Positions 59,247-64,000 of a DNA stretch of 64,000 nucleotides are shown in pieces. Numbering within the stretch: position 1 is the stretch's first letter; each line of letters opens with the position of its first letter. The stretch covers positions 998-64,997 of the forward strand of contig CAVVNU010000014.1 of NCBI GenBank assembly GCA_963749725.1, in the 5' to 3' direction. Under the pieces are notes generated by a model that did no database searches, was not told the DNA's origin, and worked only from the letters and a program-made list of their open reading frames with translations. Source of the stretch: Waddliaceae bacterium. GTDB taxonomy: Bacteria > Chlamydiota > Chlamydiia > Chlamydiales > Waddliaceae. The position numbers and the translations under genes are program-made.

Positions 59247-60324
59247 ATATTTTATTGCTTTGTGTTTATTGCTATCGGCATGTACAAGCGGTCAAAAAGA
59301 AAAAGAGGCGCCTCTTGTACGAGTAGAGGCTGTCAAAGCTGAAGAAAAAGAAGTTCCGATCTTTATTCAAAGCATCGGCAATGTTGTCGAAAAAAGCATC
59401 GTACAGATAAGACCTCAGGTGCAAGGCGTCTTGCTCAAAGCATATGTCAAGCAGGGACAGGATGTAAAAAAAGGAGATCTTCTGTATAAGATCGATCCAA
59501 GACCCTACCAGGCAGCGCTCGATGAAGCAAAAGGAAACCTTGAACGAGATCAAGCTAACCTGGAGCAGGCAAAAATCACTTTAAAACGCAATAAAGAGCT
59601 TGTCAAAAAAAAATACATCCCCGTTCTTACTTTTGAGCAATATGAAACCAGTGTCAAAACAGCCGAAGCTCAGGTCAAAATTAGCGAAGCGGAGGTGGAA
59701 AAGGCAACAATCAATTTAGACTGGTGCACCATTATCTCCCCTATCAGCGGAAAAGTGAGCGTATTCAATATCTATCCGGGAAACCTTGTTCTTGTCAATG
59801 ATACGCAGTCAATCACAGAAATCCGAGAGTTGGATCCGATCAACGTCAAATTTACATTAACTCAAGAGGAATTTCAGCAATTTCAAGAAGCACGGAAGAA
59901 GGGGGATTTAGAATTTGAAGCGGCCTTGCCTAATGAAAAAGGAAAGACATTTATCGGAAAAATTAACTTTATTGACAATCATATCGATTTGGCTACCGGA
60001 ACGATCATGTTTAAAGGTGTCGTAAACAATGCAAAGAGAGAACTTTGGCCGGGAGAGTTTGTCAATGTGAAAATTATCCTAAAGACAGAGCCGCATGCTA
60101 TTGTAGTTCCCTCTTCAGCTTTGCAAGTTGGAGCTAAAGGATCGTTTGTTTATGTAGTGCAAAAGGACAAGACAGCAAGAGCCGTACCTGTCAAAAGAGG
60201 AGAGGTAATGGATTCCATGACTGTAGTCACAGGAATACACAAAGGAGATATTGTTGTCACTAACGGGCAAAACAACCTAAAAGAAGGAGCAAAGGTTCGG
60301 ATCATTCAAAGAGGGCAGAAATAA
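59239..60324 (+). CDS. RND efflux periplasmic adaptor (MdtA-like)
   Basis: IRPQVQG, GQDVKKGDLL..IDPRPYQA, ISPISGK, LWPG; start MSKYF. Confidence 0.9.
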   Translation: MSKYFIALCLLLSACTSGQKEKEAPLVRVEAVKAEEKEVPIFIQSIGNVVEKSIVQIRPQVQGVLLKAYVKQGQDVKKGDLLYKIDPRPYQAALDEAKGNLERDQANLEQAKITLKRNKELVKKKYIPVLTFEQYETSVKTAEAQVKISEAEVEKATINLDWCTIISPISGKVSVFNIYPGNLVLVNDTQSITEIRELDPINVKFTLTQEEFQQFQEARKKGDLEFEAALPNEKGKTFIGKINFIDNHIDLATGTIMFKGVVNNAKRELWPGEFVNVKIILKTEPHAIVVPSSALQVGAKGSFVYVVQKDKTARAVPVKRGEVMDSMTVVTGIHKGDIVVTNGQNNLKEGAKVRIIQRGQK

Positions 60325-63300
60325 TGAATCTATCCTCCCTTTTCATTAGGAGGCCGGTTATGACCTCTCTTGTCATGGCTGCCATTCTGATCCTGGGAAT
60401 TGTTTCCTATTTTCAACTTCCTGTCAGCAGCATGCCGGATGTTGCTTATCCTTTCATCAACGTCAATGTCAAATATCCCGGAGCAAGCCCTGAAACGATG
60501 GCTAACAATGTAGCGACACCTCTGGAAGAAGAATTCTTAACCATTTCCGGGCTCCTCTATGCGACTTCCAACAACACTCTTGGAAATACAAACATCATTT
60601 TGCAATTCGATCTCTCCAAAAACATCGATTCGGCAGCAGTCGATGTTGAATCCGCAATCTCGCGGGCGCTTCCTAAGCTTCCTCCCGACCTTCCCAGCAA
60701 TCCCACTTACAAAAAAGTCAATCCCTCCCAGGTCCCGATCATTTACTTCGCCTTGACATCCGAGACAATGCCTCTCAGCGAAATGTATGATTACGCCAAT
60801 ACCTACATTGGGCAAAAATTCGCTCTGATCGATGGAGTTGCCGAAGTCAATGTGTATGGCTCGCCTTTTGCGGTAAGAGTGCAGACAGACCCCGGAAAAA
60901 TGGCAGCGCTCGATGTGACCCTCCAAGACGTTTCAGAGGCTATTATTAATGGAAATCCCTATCTTCCCACAGGAGCATTAGACGGTCCTGAGCACTCGGC
61001 AACGATTATAACAAATGGCCAGCTAAAAAATGCAGCAGATTATCAACCTCTTATCATCCGATACGAAAACCAGTCGCCTCTGAGAATTCAAGACATTGGC
61101 AAAGCAATTGACAGTCTTCGGGATTATAAATCCAAGCATACCTTTTACCAAGGCAAAATGAAACTGCCTGCTGTCATTTTAGCCATCAATCCTCAACCGG
61201 GAGCAAATACTATTCAAATTGCTGATGATATTTATCAGTTGCTGCCTTCAATTCTTGAGAATCTTCCCTCTTCGCTGAACCTAAAAGAAGTTTATGACCG
61301 TTCAATATCAGTAAGAGACTCGATTTGGGACGTGCAATTTACACTGGTCATTGCTTTCATCCTCGTTGTGTTGATCATTTTCATTTATCTCGGAGATGCG
61401 GCAGAAACAATTATTCCGGCATTAGTTCTTCCCATGTCGGTTATCGGAACATTTGCTTTAATGAAAGCTTTTAATTTCAGCCTTGACAATCTCTCTCTTA
61501 TGGCATTGATATTAGCAATCGGGTTTATCATCGACGATGCCATTGTTGTGATTGAAAACATCGTCCGCCACGTTGAAGCCGGTCAAAGTCCCTGGAAAGC
61601 AGCAATGGATGGATCCAGGGAGATCGGCTTTACCATTGTTTCCATGACTGTTTCTCTGATTGCAGTTTTTATCCCGATACTCTTTATGGCAGGGTTGCTT
61701 GGGAAAGTTCTGGCAGAATTTGCAGTTACGCTGACGATGATTACTTTGCTTTCCGGTTTCATCTCATTAACTTTGACTCCGATGCTTTGCAGTATTTTTA
61801 TCCGTTCGCGAAAAGAAGGCGGCAAAAGCAAAAAACCAAAGATTGGAAAGCGTTTCAACGATTTAATGATCAGTTATTATAAACCGAGCTTAAAATGGAT
61901 TTTAAACCATCCTCCCTTTTCCCTTTCGATATTAGTGATCTGCATCGCTGCAAGCGGAGCTTTATTTCTCTATCTTCCCAAAGACCTCATGCCAAACGAT
62001 GATATCGGATTTTTCGTCATCTACACACAATCTGCACAAGGGACATCATCTGAAAGGATGGATGCCTATCAAAACGAGATTGTCGATATTGTAAGGAAAG
62101 ATCCCAACATCGAAAAATTCGTCTCAATCGCTCCTTTTCAAACGTATCGAAACGGCGTTGTTTTTGCGCAATTAAAACCCAGGAATGAAAGAAAACCTAT
62201 TATGGATGTCATTCATCACCTTTGGAAGCAAACCGGCCAACTGATCGGAATTAACTCTTTCTACAAGAATATCCCCCTGATTGATCTTTCCGTTGGATTT
62301 CAAGTAAAAGGCGCCTACCAATACACTTTGCAAAGCTTAAAGCCGGAAGAACTCTACCCGGCAGCAAAAATATTTTTGGAAAGAATGAAAGAGATTCCCG
62401 GTCTGCAGGGCGTAAGCAGCGACCTGGAAGTAGACAGTCCTCAGCTTTATGTAGATATCAAAAGAGATAAAGCATCCTCTCTTGGCATTACGGCTGAAAA
62501 CATAGAAAATGCCTTGCAGCTCGCTTATTCCGGGGGAAAAATTTCTTCAATTATGACACCAATTAACCAGTATGATGTCATCCTTGAGCTCAATCCTGCC
62601 TTTCAAAAAAATCCTTCTGCATTAGATTTGATCTATCTTCGATCAAGCACAACAAATCAAACAGTACCGCTAAGAGCTGTTTCCGACTGGCACCTAGGAC
62701 TTGGCCCCGACAGCGTCAACCACATCAATCAGTTTCCAAGCGTCGCCATCTCTTTCAATGTTTTACCCGATTTTCCTTTAAGTGTTATCATCGATAAGCT
62801 TCACAACTTAGCTGAAGAGGTGCTGCCAAAAACAGTTCAAGGAAATGTCGTGGGCGCAGCGCAAACCTTTCAGGAGTCGATTGCCAGTGGATTTTTGCTG
62901 ATTTTTGTCACGATCATTGTCATCTATATCGTTTTGGGCATCCTATATGAAAGTTATATCCATCCTATTACGATTTTAACTACGCTGCCTCCGGCAACTC
63001 TTGGAGGGCTGCTCATTCTTTTATTCTCAGGGCTTTCACTTTCTCTTTACTCATTTCTAGGAATTATTCTTTTAATCGGAATCGTAAAAAAGAATGGAAT
63101 CATGATGGTGGATTTTGCTCTTGAAAATATCAGAAAAAAAGGAGAAAGCGCAGAAAAATCGATCTATGATGCCTGCATCGTCCGTTTCCGTCCCATCATG
63201 ATGACAACGCTCACATCGATTATGGGAGCGCTTCCTATAGCGCTTGGAGTCGGCGCGGGAGCCGAAGGAAGACGGCCTCTCGGACTTGTAATCATTGGAG

Positions 63301-63425
63301 GGTTGCTTCTCTCTCAATTAATTACGCTTTATATTACACCCGTTATCTACCTCTATCTCGAAAGGGTCAGAGAAAGAATGGAATTGAAAAACTCCTCTGC
63401 TTTTCCAAGCATACGCAAGTTTTAA
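60324..63425 (+). CDS. RND efflux permease (MdtB/MdtC-like)
   Basis: FIRRPV, PGASPE, DDAIVVIENI, GIVKKNGIMMVDF, RFRPIMMTT; last ~12 residues come from a MITE. Confidence 0.95.
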   Translation: MNLSSLFIRRPVMTSLVMAAILILGIVSYFQLPVSSMPDVAYPFINVNVKYPGASPETMANNVATPLEEEFLTISGLLYATSNNTLGNTNIILQFDLSKNIDSAAVDVESAISRALPKLPPDLPSNPTYKKVNPSQVPIIYFALTSETMPLSEMYDYANTYIGQKFALIDGVAEVNVYGSPFAVRVQTDPGKMAALDVTLQDVSEAIINGNPYLPTGALDGPEHSATIITNGQLKNAADYQPLIIRYENQSPLRIQDIGKAIDSLRDYKSKHTFYQGKMKLPAVILAINPQPGANTIQIADDIYQLLPSILENLPSSLNLKEVYDRSISVRDSIWDVQFTLVIAFILVVLIIFIYLGDAAETIIPALVLPMSVIGTFALMKAFNFSLDNLSLMALILAIGFIIDDAIVVIENIVRHVEAGQSPWKAAMDGSREIGFTIVSMTVSLIAVFIPILFMAGLLGKVLAEFAVTLTMITLLSGFISLTLTPMLCSIFIRSRKEGGKSKKPKIGKRFNDLMISYYKPSLKWILNHPPFSLSILVICIAASGALFLYLPKDLMPNDDIGFFVIYTQSAQGTSSERMDAYQNEIVDIVRKDPNIEKFVSIAPFQTYRNGVVFAQLKPRNERKPIMDVIHHLWKQTGQLIGINSFYKNIPLIDLSVGFQVKGAYQYTLQSLKPEELYPAAKIFLERMKEIPGLQGVSSDLEVDSPQLYVDIKRDKASSLGITAENIENALQLAYSGGKISSIMTPINQYDVILELNPAFQKNPSALDLIYLRSSTTNQTVPLRAVSDWHLGLGPDSVNHINQFPSVAISFNVLPDFPLSVIIDKLHNLAEEVLPKTVQGNVVGAAQTFQESIASGFLLIFVTIIVIYIVLGILYESYIHPITILTTLPPATLGGLLILLFSGLSLSLYSFLGIILLIGIVKKNGIMMVDFALENIRKKGESAEKSIYDACIVRFRPIMMTTLTSIMGALPIALGVGAGAEGRRPLGLVIIGGLLLSQLITLYITPVIYLYLERVRERMELKNSSAFPSIRKF

Positions 63426-63487
63426 AGGCTGCAAAAACAAAGTGAAAGGCGCAAAAAGCACTTTTTCAGAAATTTTAAATCGGTTCT
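63384..63487. repeat. Partial family-B MITE with inverted internal core
   Basis: 3' arm near-identical to the 10.9-kb copy; core is the reverse complement of the 10.88-kb core. Confidence 0.85.
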
Positions 63488-64000
63488 TAAACCATACCTG
63501 AAGCGCCAAGCTTCCATTTGACTTTGGCAAGAGTAAAAGGAACGATGGGCTGGCGTTCCGGAACTTCAATCTCTTTGCGCAGCACGCGCGCCGCCTCGCG
63601 GATAGTTGCTCCCGATCCGATATAATCGTCGAGAAGAATGACTGTTCCTTGAGAAAAAAAAGGTCTTTCAGCATGAGTCATAAGCTTGTCAACATTGTAG
63701 CGTCGTTGATCATTATTTGTTAACTCCCCTTGGCGGTCCTGAGGAAAACTCTTCCACTGCAGCAAATGGGAATAGACAGGAACGCGACACTGCTCCCCCA
63801 GCCAGCTAACAAAAGACTCGCGCGCACCCCATGTACGGGAAGGAATGGACACAATAGCTGAAATCGGTCCATCGAGCTTACGAATTTCCCTCAGAACCAT
63901 TTCCAAAAGCTTTGGCGCTATGCCCCATGCTTCTGCCGAAGAGCTGCCGCGCCCTCGCAGGAAATCGACAACAAGAGGAACTCGAAAAGATGCGTCCAAT
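63487..64000 (-). CDS. C-terminal phosphoribosyltransferase-like domain, probably of a RecQ-PRTase (RqlH-like) or ComF-type protein (partial)
   Basis: VSIPS, QGEL.NN.Q, ILLDDYIGSGATI PRPP-binding motif; runs off right edge. Confidence 0.65.
   Translation of the reverse strand, partial: LDASFRVPLVVDFLRGRGSSSAEAWGIAPKLLEMVLREIRKLDGPISAIVSIPSRTWGARESFVSWLGEQCRVPVYSHLLQWKSFPQDRQGELTNNDQRRYNVDKLMTHAERPFFSQGTVILLDDYIGSGATIREAARVLRKEIEVPERQPIVPFTLAKVKWKLGASGMV

Noticed and set aside
57717-63425. Tripartite RND efflux operon
   Set aside because: Ordinary TolC-MFP-RND arrangement; only the MITE-derived tail is notable.

Overview
A 64-kb chromosomal segment from an environmental chlamydia (Chlamydiota, Parachlamydiales-like). 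The assignment rests on the sohB-polA-coaE-rho order, the ytgABCD operon with a YtgC-YtgR fusion, a CT066-like gene and an Ntt1-type ADP/ATP translocase. Main contents: (i) a giant ORF of more than 2172 codons on the minus strand, running off the left edge and missing from the ORF track; (ii) a near-complete de novo purine cluster (guaB-purM-purL-purQ-purH ... purC-purD-purN-purF-guaA-map), unusual for Chlamydiae, with a eukaryote-type IMPDH, a PurC carrying a degenerate PurE-like tail, and an archaeal-type MetAP2 whose apparent start codon is ATC; (iii) a 7.3-kb island splitting that cluster, holding a protein of two catalytically dead triosephosphate-isomerase-like domains fused to a SycD/LcrH-like TPR domain plus a coupled effector-like ORF, an IS630 element with an inverted-repeat-flanked GxxExxY cassette nested inside, a Sel1-repeat gene, a group II intron 3' fragment and an IS remnant; (iv) several families of palindromic MITE-like repeats filling many intergenic spaces, some supplying protein C-termini. 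All product calls are by eye from motifs; no database searches were run.
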